Positions 1 to 7,545 of a stretch of 35,706 bases of DNA are shown here, one piece after another (the first letter of the stretch is position 1; every line of letters starts with the position of its first letter). Origin of the DNA: Candidatus Brocadiia bacterium (GTDB taxonomy: Bacteria; Planctomycetota; Brocadiia; CAIUPP01); NCBI GenBank assembly GCA_050015075.1, contig JBEKCB010000039.1, positions 1 to 35,706 on the forward strand. Reading direction: 5' to 3'. The notes under the pieces are model-generated. The model searched no databases. It was not told the DNA's origin and was given only the letters and a program-made list of their open reading frames with translations. The translations under genes and the position numbers were made by a program.

Positions 1-239
1 GTCACCTCCGTCTCGCCCAGCGCGACGCTGCCGCCGGTCGGCCGGTCGAGCGAGCCGACGATGTTGAGCAGCGTGCTCTTGCCCGCGCCCGACGGCCCGA
101 TGATCGCAAGCGTCTCGCCCGCGTCGAGGTCGAACGAGACGTCCTTCAGCACCGCCAGCGGCGGCGTGGAGTCGAACTCCTTCCGGACGTGCCGCACCGC
201 CAGCCGCAGACGACCTGAGTTTTCAGCGCGATCAGTCAT
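1..239 (-). CDS. ABC transporter ATP-binding protein, LolD/MacB-like (5' part only; runs off the left edge)
   Basis: Not in the ORF track. Manual translation from ATG at 239 gives [72 protein letters not shown]. Walker A GPSGAGKS is followed by the LolD-type TLLNIxGxLDxPTxG. Confidence 0.9.
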   Translation of the reverse strand, partial: MTDRAENSGRLRLAVRHVRKEFDSTPPLAVLKDVSFDLDAGETLAIIGPSGAGKSTLLNIVGSLDRPTGGSVALGETEV

Positions 240-264
240 GGCGTCTTTAGTTGTCAGCAAAAGG

Positions 265-330
265 TCTCACGCAAAGTCGCAAAGGCGCTAAGAACTGCAA
301 AGGCAAGGATGGCCGTCCTTTGCAGCTTCG
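265..330. repeat. CGCAAAG-type short repeats with a hairpin (REP-like intergenic element)
   Basis: tctcaCGCAAAGtCGCAAAGgCGCtAAGaacTGCAAAGG; inverted repeat ctgcaaagg (295-303) / cctttgcag (317-325). Confidence 0.55.
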
Positions 331-432
331 TGTGTTATCCCCGCCCGTTTGAGATTCTTTGCCCATACTATCAACAAGAGCTTATAACCGAAAGGCGAAA
401 TCGCTTGAATCGTCAAAACTCAGCAATAAGAG

Positions 433-1377
433 TCAACCTGCCGCCGCCTCCGCGAGGAGGGCGAGCGTGCCGAGGCCGTAGTAGGTGTACTCGACGTCCG
501 GCGCGGCATCGCCGGCGCAGGCGCGGAATCCGCCGCGGCTGGCCTGAAGGTTGTGCGCGAATCTTGCCACGGGCGCGAGTTTCACTTGGCCGAGCGCGCC
601 GATTCCGGCCAGCGCGACCGAGGCGGTGAAGGTGGAAAGCAGGTCCGGCTCCGGCGCGCCCGAGCCGGCGGCGAAACCGCCTTCGGGGCACTGCATGGAG
701 GCGAGGAATTCGGCTGCGCGTTCATACAGGCCAGGCGCCTGTGCTTCATCGAAGAGCGTGAGCAGCGCCAGCGCGGCGGCGGTGGGATTCGTCGCGCCCT
801 CGCCGCCGGCCTGTGCGCTGTCGGCATAGCCGCCGTCGGCGCAGCGGCGCGAGTGGACGAACGCGGCGGCCTCGGCTGCGCCGGAAAAATCCGAGTCGCT
901 CAATTCGGCGCAGAGCGCGGCCAGGAACGTGTGGTACACCGTCGCTTCGCCGCCCGGGAACCGCGCATAGCCGCCGTCCGCCGCGCGCGAACGCGCGACG
1001 ACTTCCATGATCTCGGCGCGCCGCTCATCGTTGCGCCCGGCTCCGGCGCGCTCGCCGGCGAGCCGGCGGATGTACAGCAGGCAGAAGCACTCGATCATGT
1101 CCCTCGGCGGCGCGGAAAGACTGCCCGCGTACTGCGCCGCGCCGTGCCAGAGGCGCTCGTCGGCCGGGACCAGCAGTTCAGCGGAGCGAAGCGCGAACAT
1201 CGTGTAATAAACGTCCGATCCGCCCAGCCGCCCGGCGAACCCGCCGTCCGGACGCTGCGCCGCCAGGAGATACTCCGAATGCCTCGATCGGAAACTGTCC
1301 GGCAGGGATTTCAGCCCGGCGGTGAGGCGGGTGGTGAGAGTTGAGAGATAGCGTGGTTTTTCAGTGTCGCCTGGCAT
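433..1377 (-). CDS. Prenyltransferase/squalene oxidase repeat protein (single (alpha/alpha)6 barrel, geranylgeranyltransferase-beta-like)
   Basis: Repeated QW-like/PFTB motifs: YLLAAQRPDGGF, DVYYT, ADGGY (twice), FLASMQCPEGGF, LQASRGGF, DVEYTYYGL. Confidence 0.85.
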   Translation of the reverse strand: MPGDTEKPRYLSTLTTRLTAGLKSLPDSFRSRHSEYLLAAQRPDGGFAGRLGGSDVYYTMFALRSAELLVPADERLWHGAAQYAGSLSAPPRDMIECFCLLYIRRLAGERAGAGRNDERRAEIMEVVARSRAADGGYARFPGGEATVYHTFLAALCAELSDSDFSGAAEAAAFVHSRRCADGGYADSAQAGGEGATNPTAAALALLTLFDEAQAPGLYERAAEFLASMQCPEGGFAAGSGAPEPDLLSTFTASVALAGIGALGQVKLAPVARFAHNLQASRGGFRACAGDAAPDVEYTYYGLGTLALLAEAAAG

Positions 1378-1414
1378 GTTTCGCGGTCGATATGTTCTAA
1401 GAGTGCGAACCCTT

Positions 1415-1489
1415 CAATTTCCAAATCCAATTTCCAATTTCCAAACGGTGAGCGGCTTGCGCTCATTGAAAATTGGGACTCGGAAATTT
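1415..1489. repeat. CAATTTC heptamer array, central hairpin and partly complementary arm (palindromic intergenic element)
   Basis: caatttc-caaatc-caatttc-caatttc-caaa (1415-1445), hairpin tgagcg...cgctca (1449-1465), then ttgaaaattgggactcggaaattt, which is partly complementary to the heptamers. It is an AT-rich island in GC-rich DNA. Confidence 0.65.
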
Positions 1490-3231
1490 TACAAGACGGC
1501 TTCCAGGAGGAAATGCATCAAGTCGCGCAGCGCCTCGGCGGGCATGGCATCGGCCTCGGCGCGGGCGCGCTCGCGGTATTTCTCGACGAGCTTGCGCGCC
1601 TGGTCGAACGCGCCGCGCTCCTCGTAAACCTTGCGCAGGCTCTCGAGCTTGAGGTCGCGCGCCACGTCGGGCTCGGTCACCGAGGCGAGTTTGCGGATCG
1701 TCGCCGCGTCGCCGGTCTCGAGCGCGAGCGCCAGCAGCATCGTCGGCCGCCGCGCGAGCGAATCCTGCCCGGCCACGAGCTTGTCGCGCCGGTCGGCGCT
1801 CCAGTCCTTCAGGTCGTTCAGGAGTTGATACGCCACGCCGACGAGACGGCAGAACCGCCGCAAGTTCTCCGTGCGCGCGAGGTCCGGGCTCTCGCATTGC
1901 GCCGTCCGCACGCCCGCATACAGGGCCGCCTCGAACGCCGGCGCCGTCTTCAGCGCATAGATCCGCTGGACGGCTTCCGGCCGCACGGCCATCGGGTCGC
2001 CGCGCGTCCAGAGAAGCTCCTCGCCCTGGCCGCGGCAGAGTTGCGTGTGCGCTTCGGAGAGATGGGCGAGGATGTCCGCGACGCACTCCGCGCCGAGTTC
2101 GCGCCGGCCCGACGCGACGAGCCGGTAGCCGAGCCCGATCAAGTAATCGCCGACGTTGAGCGCCGTCGCTATGCCGTGCCGGCGGTGCAGCGTCTCGCGC
2201 CCGTAGCGGAACTCATCGTCGTCCTCGATATCGTCATGGATCAGCGAGGCCTTATGAAGCGCCTCGATCGCGAGCGCGACCCGCCGGACGGCGCGCGGGA
2301 AATTCCCGGCCTCGGCGGAATCCGCATCCGGCGCGCCGGCGTCGCGCGACGCGGCGGCATGGCCCGCCAGCGTGATGAACGGCCGAAGCCGCTTGCCGCC
2401 TTCGCGCAGCCACTCGAGCGCCAGCGTTTCCGTGCCCTGCGCGGGAGACATTTCGCAAGGGCCGTTCATCGTCGCCGAGACGACCATGTCGGCGAGCAGT
2501 TCGTCGAGCGCGCGGTCCTCGAAGAGCCGGTCGGCGGCGCGGAGGAGCGGAACGTAGCTCCGCGTACCGGTCCCGGCGGGCCCGGCCTGCTGGCGGAGCC
2601 AGCCTCGCAGGACGGCGATTTCGGCGGTGGTGGCGACGCAGCCGTCGGTGAGGAGCGGCACGGCCACGTGCGGAACGCCCAGCGCGGCGACTCGTGCGAA
2701 GACTTTCTCGAGCGAGTCGAGGCACGCCATGCCCAGGATCGCGTCCGCCTGCCCTCGCAGGACGACCTCGACGACCGCCGGCGAGCCCTCCGCGATGAGC
2801 ACGGTGTATCCGAGCGACTCCGCCTCGGCCTTGACGGCCGCCAGCGTGCAGGCGCCGCACTTCGCGCACGAGAGGCCGCGCGCGTCGTACGTGCCTTTGC
2901 ATTCCCTGACGTGGCGGAGGCAATGCGGCAGCAGCAGCAGCCTTCGCGACGGCGGCACGGCGGCGAACTGCCCGCGCCAGAATTCGTTGTTGACCGACAC
3001 CATCGCAAAGCCCAGAGAGGATGGAGCGGCATGAAGCCGGCCGATCAGATCGGACGCCGCCTTCTCGACCTCGGCGGGCAGGGGCGGCTTGCGACGGTCG
3101 AGCGTCGCGGCGGCGTCGGCGGCCGCCGCGCGGATGCGCTCGCGCTCCAGCGGCTCCGCCGGGACGATCTTGATATTGACCGGCGAGGGCCGTTTATTGC
3201 TCGTCGCGATGTCGTTCATTTGATGGACCAT
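1489..3231 (-). CDS. DUF116 (Cys-rich) domain fused to a trans-polyprenyl diphosphate synthase
   Basis: N-terminal LLLPHCL...C...CAKCGAC...IAEGS...GMAC (DUF116 pattern). C-terminal GGKRLRP, ASLIHDDIEDDDEFRYG (FARM), GQ, KT and YQLLNDLKD (SARM variant). Confidence 0.88.
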   Translation of the reverse strand: MVHQMNDIATSNKRPSPVNIKIVPAEPLERERIRAAAADAAATLDRRKPPLPAEVEKAASDLIGRLHAAPSSLGFAMVSVNNEFWRGQFAAVPPSRRLLLLPHCLRHVRECKGTYDARGLSCAKCGACTLAAVKAEAESLGYTVLIAEGSPAVVEVVLRGQADAILGMACLDSLEKVFARVAALGVPHVAVPLLTDGCVATTAEIAVLRGWLRQQAGPAGTGTRSYVPLLRAADRLFEDRALDELLADMVVSATMNGPCEMSPAQGTETLALEWLREGGKRLRPFITLAGHAAASRDAGAPDADSAEAGNFPRAVRRVALAIEALHKASLIHDDIEDDDEFRYGRETLHRRHGIATALNVGDYLIGLGYRLVASGRRELGAECVADILAHLSEAHTQLCRGQGEELLWTRGDPMAVRPEAVQRIYALKTAPAFEAALYAGVRTAQCESPDLARTENLRRFCRLVGVAYQLLNDLKDWSADRRDKLVAGQDSLARRPTMLLALALETGDAATIRKLASVTEPDVARDLKLESLRKVYEERGAFDQARKLVEKYRERARAEADAMPAEALRDLMHFLLEAVL

Positions 3232-3260
3232 CTTATGAATATTCGCTTATGAAACGCAAT

Positions 3261-5048
3261 TCATGTGCCGCCTAGTATTCGCCCAAGCGCGGAGACCGTC
3301 CACAGCGCCGGGTAGACTCTCTCAGCATACCACAACTTGGCGAAATACAAACCGATCGGCGCGGGCTTGTCCAGGCCGCCCTCGCGGATTCGCGCGAGAA
3401 GCCATGCGCAGCCGCGGTCGCGGGCGGTTGTGGCGGACTCGCTCTCGGGCGCGCCGGCCAGCGCGTCCAGCGCGAGCGCGGTTTCCTCGATGCTGCTGGG
3501 CACGTTCTCATCGCCGCCCCAACCGCCATCGGGATTCTGCGCGCGGAGGAGCCGGGCCAGACCGCGCTGCGCCTCGACGCCGTTCCCCAGGCCCAGGTCG
3601 CGCCAGGCGGCCAGCACTTGCGCGGTGCCGTAGAGCGGGTTCTCGTCGCGCGGCGCCTGCTGGTTCCCGAACCAGAGCGGCACCCACGCGCCGTCGGCGC
3701 GCTGCGCGCGGCGGAGATATTCCACGCCGCGCCGCAGGGCGCGCTGCTCCTTTGCGTCGGAAACGACGCCGCGCCACGCCGAGATCGCCCTCAGCGCGTG
3801 CGCGGTCAGGTCCGGCGCGCTGCGGTCGAAGGGAAGCCGTCCCCAGCCGCGACAGAACGTCGGCCATCCGCCGTCGCGGTTCTGAAGGCCCAGGAGCCAC
3901 TCGACGCCGAGCCGCGCGGCATCGGTCGCTTCGCCGCCGAGCCGGCTTAACGCCAGCAGCGCCGCCGAGGTGTCGTCGGCGTCGGGGACGCCGCCGGAAA
4001 GGTCCGTCCATGCCCAGCCGCCCGGAGCGGCGCCGGTATAGAGATGTCCGCGACGGTGCTGGCAGTCGAGGATCCACCGGCGCGTGCGGGCGGCATCGGG
4101 CTCGAAGCGATTCCCGCCCGCCGTCAGCGCGGCCACCGCCAGGCTGGTGAGCCAGTGCGAAAGGTTCGTGTCAATGGCCCAGCTTCCGTCCGCGCGGAGG
4201 GATTTCGAGAGGAATTCCAGCCCGCGGCGAGCGACGGGGTGATCGCTCCGGCCGGCGCCGGCGAGGCTCATCACGACGAAACTGGTCAGCGGCACGGCCT
4301 CCAAAAACCCGCCGCTCTCCGGCTGGATCGCCTGGAGCCGCCGGAGCGTCGGGGCGAGCGTCGCCGCCCGGAGCGCGCGCAGGAACGGGTTGCGGCTGGG
4401 CGCTGCATGGTGGCGAAGCTGGCCGACGGCGATCAGCGCCGGCAGCGCGTAACTGACCACTTCGAGATTGAGCAGCCGGAAGCTCGCGTGCGGCAGGCAG
4501 GCCAGCTCGAAGGGCAGCGCCGGCACGTGGCGCCATGCCGGACGCGTCGGGCCCGCAGCCGCCAGCGCGCAGTTCGTCAGGATCGGCGCGGCGAAGGTCC
4601 GGTCCTCGCCGTAGACCGCTTGAAGCGCCCGCACGCGCGAGTCGGCGGAGGCGCCGGCGCTGGAGTCGAGATATCGCTCCGCTTTCCGCAGCGCCGACGC
4701 GGCGGGATCCGAACCTTCGCGGCCCGAAAGGATCAACGCGGCCTCGGCGAGCATCGCCGTTGAGACGTTGCTGCGGCTCTCGGGCGTATCGCCCCAGCCG
4801 CCGTCCGCGTTCTGGTGGGCCGCCAGCCACGCCACGCCGCGCCCGATGAAGTCGGCGAACCGCTCGCGCGAGACGACGGAAAAGGCGCTCACCGCCGTCG
4901 CGGTCGCGAGGGCGGAAGGCGACAGCTCCCCGTTCCAGCATCCCTCGGGCGTTTGCCATGCCAGAAGGGCGGCGCGGGCGGATTCGTAGGCCTCGCGAAG
5001 TTCTTTGACGCCCGGCCGCGGCGGCGCGCCGGCGAGGGATGGGGTCAT
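3261..5048 (-). CDS. Squalene-hopene-cyclase-like class II terpene cyclase
   Basis: Catalytic PDADDT (DxDD) and several QW repeats (WLAAHQNADGGWG, WLLGLQNRDGGW, YLRRAQRADGAW, LLRAQNPDGGWG). Start placed at ATG 5048, which overlaps the upstream TGA (ATGA coupling). Confidence 0.88.
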   Translation of the reverse strand: MTPSLAGAPPRPGVKELREAYESARAALLAWQTPEGCWNGELSPSALATATAVSAFSVVSRERFADFIGRGVAWLAAHQNADGGWGDTPESRSNVSTAMLAEAALILSGREGSDPAASALRKAERYLDSSAGASADSRVRALQAVYGEDRTFAAPILTNCALAAAGPTRPAWRHVPALPFELACLPHASFRLLNLEVVSYALPALIAVGQLRHHAAPSRNPFLRALRAATLAPTLRRLQAIQPESGGFLEAVPLTSFVVMSLAGAGRSDHPVARRGLEFLSKSLRADGSWAIDTNLSHWLTSLAVAALTAGGNRFEPDAARTRRWILDCQHRRGHLYTGAAPGGWAWTDLSGGVPDADDTSAALLALSRLGGEATDAARLGVEWLLGLQNRDGGWPTFCRGWGRLPFDRSAPDLTAHALRAISAWRGVVSDAKEQRALRRGVEYLRRAQRADGAWVPLWFGNQQAPRDENPLYGTAQVLAAWRDLGLGNGVEAQRGLARLLRAQNPDGGWGGDENVPSSIEETALALDALAGAPESESATTARDRGCAWLLARIREGGLDKPAPIGLYFAKLWYAERVYPALWTVSALGRILGGT

Positions 5049-6664
5049 GATCGGATGCTCCCCGACCTCGCCGCGAAGAGGCATTTCCAGGCGAGCGTCT
5101 GCGCGCGGCCGAGCGCCTGCAGCGTGCTGCGCCGCCAGAGCGGCACGCCGGCGGCGGATTGATTATCCCACAGGAGGCGCGGAGCCCACCGGAAGTTCAG
5201 GTCGTAGCACGCGCGGAACAGCCGCCAGTGCGCGGCCGACATTTCTTTGAGGCCGAACGGCGCCGCCCCGGCGCTCAGCGGAGCGTTGAAGAGCGGGAAG
5301 ATCGCCAGCCGTTCGCCCGACAGGCGCTGGACCCAGCGGAACGTCCGGTCCACGTCGGCGGGCGTCTCTCCGGGCAGGCCGAACAGGATGCTGACCAGCG
5401 GGAAGTAGCCGAGCCGGACGAGGCGGCGCACCTGGTGTTCGGAGAATTCGTCCCACGCTTCCGGTTCGACTCCGCCCATCTTCGCGCGGCCGCCGTTCGC
5501 GGCGAGCAGCGCGCCGGAGGCGGTCTCGACGCCCAGGTTCAGCCAGACGAATTCGTGACCGGTGCCGCCGACGATGCCGCGGCGGACGGCGGCGAGTTCC
5601 TCGTCGCTGAATTGCGCCGCCGAGCTGACGTTGGCGTGGTCGGTCTGGATCAGCCGCGTCGCCGCGAGCGAGCGCAGGCGTGTGACGAGTTCGATCAGCG
5701 CCGCCGGCCGCGCGCGCGCGCCCTGCGCCCCGTAGCGGAAAACGTCCTCGGTGACGAGAACGAGGTCCGTCACGCCGGCGGCGAGGTTCACCTGCGCGTC
5801 GGCAAGGATGGCGTCCATCGGCAGGTGCTCCATCGGCACGCGCGCGAGCGTGCAGAAGGCGCAGCCGAGCCCGCAGCCGCGGCTGATTTCCACGCCGCCC
5901 ATGAGCGTCGGGCCGAGGATCGGCGGGATTTTCTCCGCGTCGGCGACGCGCGCTCCGGCGAGCGCGTCCGGGAGTTTTTCGCCGTCGAGAATGCGCGCGA
6001 AGAGCGCGCCGATGTTGCCTTCGCAATAGCCGGAGATCACGTGGTCAATCCCCAGTTCCTCCTGCGCGCGGCGGTTGCCGGCGAGCTGCCACGCGCCGGC
6101 GCCGCCGAGCACGATCTTAGCCTCGGGAGCGGCGGACCGGCGAAGGCGGCGGATGCTCCCGGCGAGCCGCCGGAACCAGCGGCTGGTGTAAATCTCGCCG
6201 CCGAGGATGGCCGACATCGTCGTGCTGTTCATGCCGAGCCCAAGCGGATCGCCGGAGGAGATGCCGATGACGCGAGTGTCCGGCCCGACCGCGCGCTTGA
6301 GCGAAGCCGGGTCCACGATCGCCACGTCCGCCTGTCGAAAGCCCGTGCGCGCGAGGGCGGACTCGATGCGGCGAAGCCCGAGCGGCGACTGGAATGCCCG
6401 GAAGCCGTCGCGCCGCGCGGCCGGGGCGAGGAGCGTTTTCATCAGGAGCGACGGCGTGCGCGTGGTCTGGCTCGCGCTGACCATGCCTTCGAACAGGACG
6501 CGGTAGCCGGCGAAAAGTGTGCGGTCGGCGGTCAGGACGATCGGGATGCCGTGCCGCGGAGCGGTCCGCACCTTGAGCCGGGGAAAGGCCGATGCGTCGG
6601 CGACCGGCGCTAGGACGGCGGCCGTAGCGGCAGCGGGCGTCGGCAGGCGGTCGGAGTCACTCAT
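5045..6664 (-). CDS. B12-binding-type radical SAM protein resembling the archaeal Grs/COG1032 family
   Basis: CxxxCxxC in VEISRGCGLGCAFC; N-terminal IVLTADRTL, PLGLRRIESAL, IGISSGDPLG, IVLGGAGAWQ; LGVETAS and GLPGETPAD. ATG 6664 overlaps the end of the upstream gene. Confidence refers to the radical SAM call; the family assignment is less certain. Confidence 0.85.
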   Translation of the reverse strand: MSDSDRLPTPAAATAAVLAPVADASAFPRLKVRTAPRHGIPIVLTADRTLFAGYRVLFEGMVSASQTTRTPSLLMKTLLAPAARRDGFRAFQSPLGLRRIESALARTGFRQADVAIVDPASLKRAVGPDTRVIGISSGDPLGLGMNSTTMSAILGGEIYTSRWFRRLAGSIRRLRRSAAPEAKIVLGGAGAWQLAGNRRAQEELGIDHVISGYCEGNIGALFARILDGEKLPDALAGARVADAEKIPPILGPTLMGGVEISRGCGLGCAFCTLARVPMEHLPMDAILADAQVNLAAGVTDLVLVTEDVFRYGAQGARARPAALIELVTRLRSLAATRLIQTDHANVSSAAQFSDEELAAVRRGIVGGTGHEFVWLNLGVETASGALLAANGGRAKMGGVEPEAWDEFSEHQVRRLVRLGYFPLVSILFGLPGETPADVDRTFRWVQRLSGERLAIFPLFNAPLSAGAAPFGLKEMSAAHWRLFRACYDLNFRWAPRLLWDNQSAAGVPLWRRSTLQALGRAQTLAWKCLFAARSGSIRS

Positions 6665-7442
6665 CCAACTTCTCAAGAGCGGTGATCAAGTGATCGAGGT
6701 CGCCCGGCGGCGCGCTTTCACCGCGGGCATCCTCCTGCGGCGCCGGGCGCGAAGTCTCCGGCCGGCTCGGTGTCTCCGACCCCGCTCTTCGCAGCTCCGC
6801 CGCTACGGCGGGCGAAGAAGAGTCGGCGGGCTGAGAAGAGCCGGTGATGGCGGCGTCCGCGAAGTAGTGCGGGAAAATGATGGCGCGCTGCGGACAGGTC
6901 CGCGCACAGGCCGGGCAGCCGTTCTTGCAGTTGTCGGGGTTGCCCACGACGACGTTGCCGTCGGAGAGCGCGTACACGCCGAACAGGCAGAAGTCCACGC
7001 ACTTCCGGCAACTTGTGCAGCGCGAGTAATCTATCACCGGATACCACCGCGGACTCGCCGCGTCCGCGATTTCCTTCAGCGTGGCGGCGCGACCTGCCGC
7101 GGATCGGGGCGCGAGCGCACGGGCGCAATCTGCTACCGTCGCGAAATCGGCCAGGTTCAAGCAGCGGATCGCGCGCGCGCCGACGCCCAGCGCCCGAAGC
7201 GTCCAGAGCGCGGCGCGCGGATGCAGCCATGAGGCGACCGCGAGGTCGCCGCGCGCTTGCATCAAGGCCGCCGCGGCCGGCTGCGAGGCGCGCAGGTGAT
7301 ACAGGTGCGGCACCACGAGCAGGTCCGATCCGGCTTCCCGCCGCAGCGTGTCCGCGAGCGCGTCTTCGAAGGCGGCATGATCGCCGGCGATCCCTCGCCC
7401 GTCGCGCGAGATGACGATGGTCACTGCTTGAGATTGAAGCAT
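6657..7442 (-). CDS. Ferredoxin-domain protein, 2x[4Fe-4S], with an N-terminal extension
   Basis: CTSCRKCVDFC and CKNGCPACARTCP. Start set at ATG 7442 because the longer ORF overlaps typA and a promoter. Confidence 0.82.
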   Translation of the reverse strand: MLQSQAVTIVISRDGRGIAGDHAAFEDALADTLRREAGSDLLVVPHLYHLRASQPAAAALMQARGDLAVASWLHPRAALWTLRALGVGARAIRCLNLADFATVADCARALAPRSAAGRAATLKEIADAASPRWYPVIDYSRCTSCRKCVDFCLFGVYALSDGNVVVGNPDNCKNGCPACARTCPQRAIIFPHYFADAAITGSSQPADSSSPAVAAELRRAGSETPSRPETSRPAPQEDARGESAPPGDLDHLITALEKLDE

Positions 7443-7482
7443 GGATAAAGAATCCCCACGCGAAAGGAAACCGGACTCTTCA

Positions 7483-7512
7483 ATTATAAACTGAATCGGG
7501 CAGGGGTGTAAA
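7483..7512 (-). promoter_or_regulatory. Sigma70-type promoter for the terpenoid operon
   Basis: Minus strand TTTACA-N18-TATAAT, about 40 nt upstream of ATG 7442. Confidence 0.55.
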
Positions 7513-7545
7513 CGGGAACTCCAGCACGCATCGGTCTTCGTCTGA

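Noticed and set aside
3232-3253. Direct repeat CTTATGAA x2 in the AT-rich gap before the prenyl synthase
   Set aside because: It is only two 8-mers in a 29-nt gap and cannot be distinguished from chance or an RBS context.
3261-5048. Naming the cyclase shc/hpnF and the radical SAM hpnP/hpnR
   Set aside because: No hpn context is present and the sequences look divergent, so gene symbols would overstate the function.
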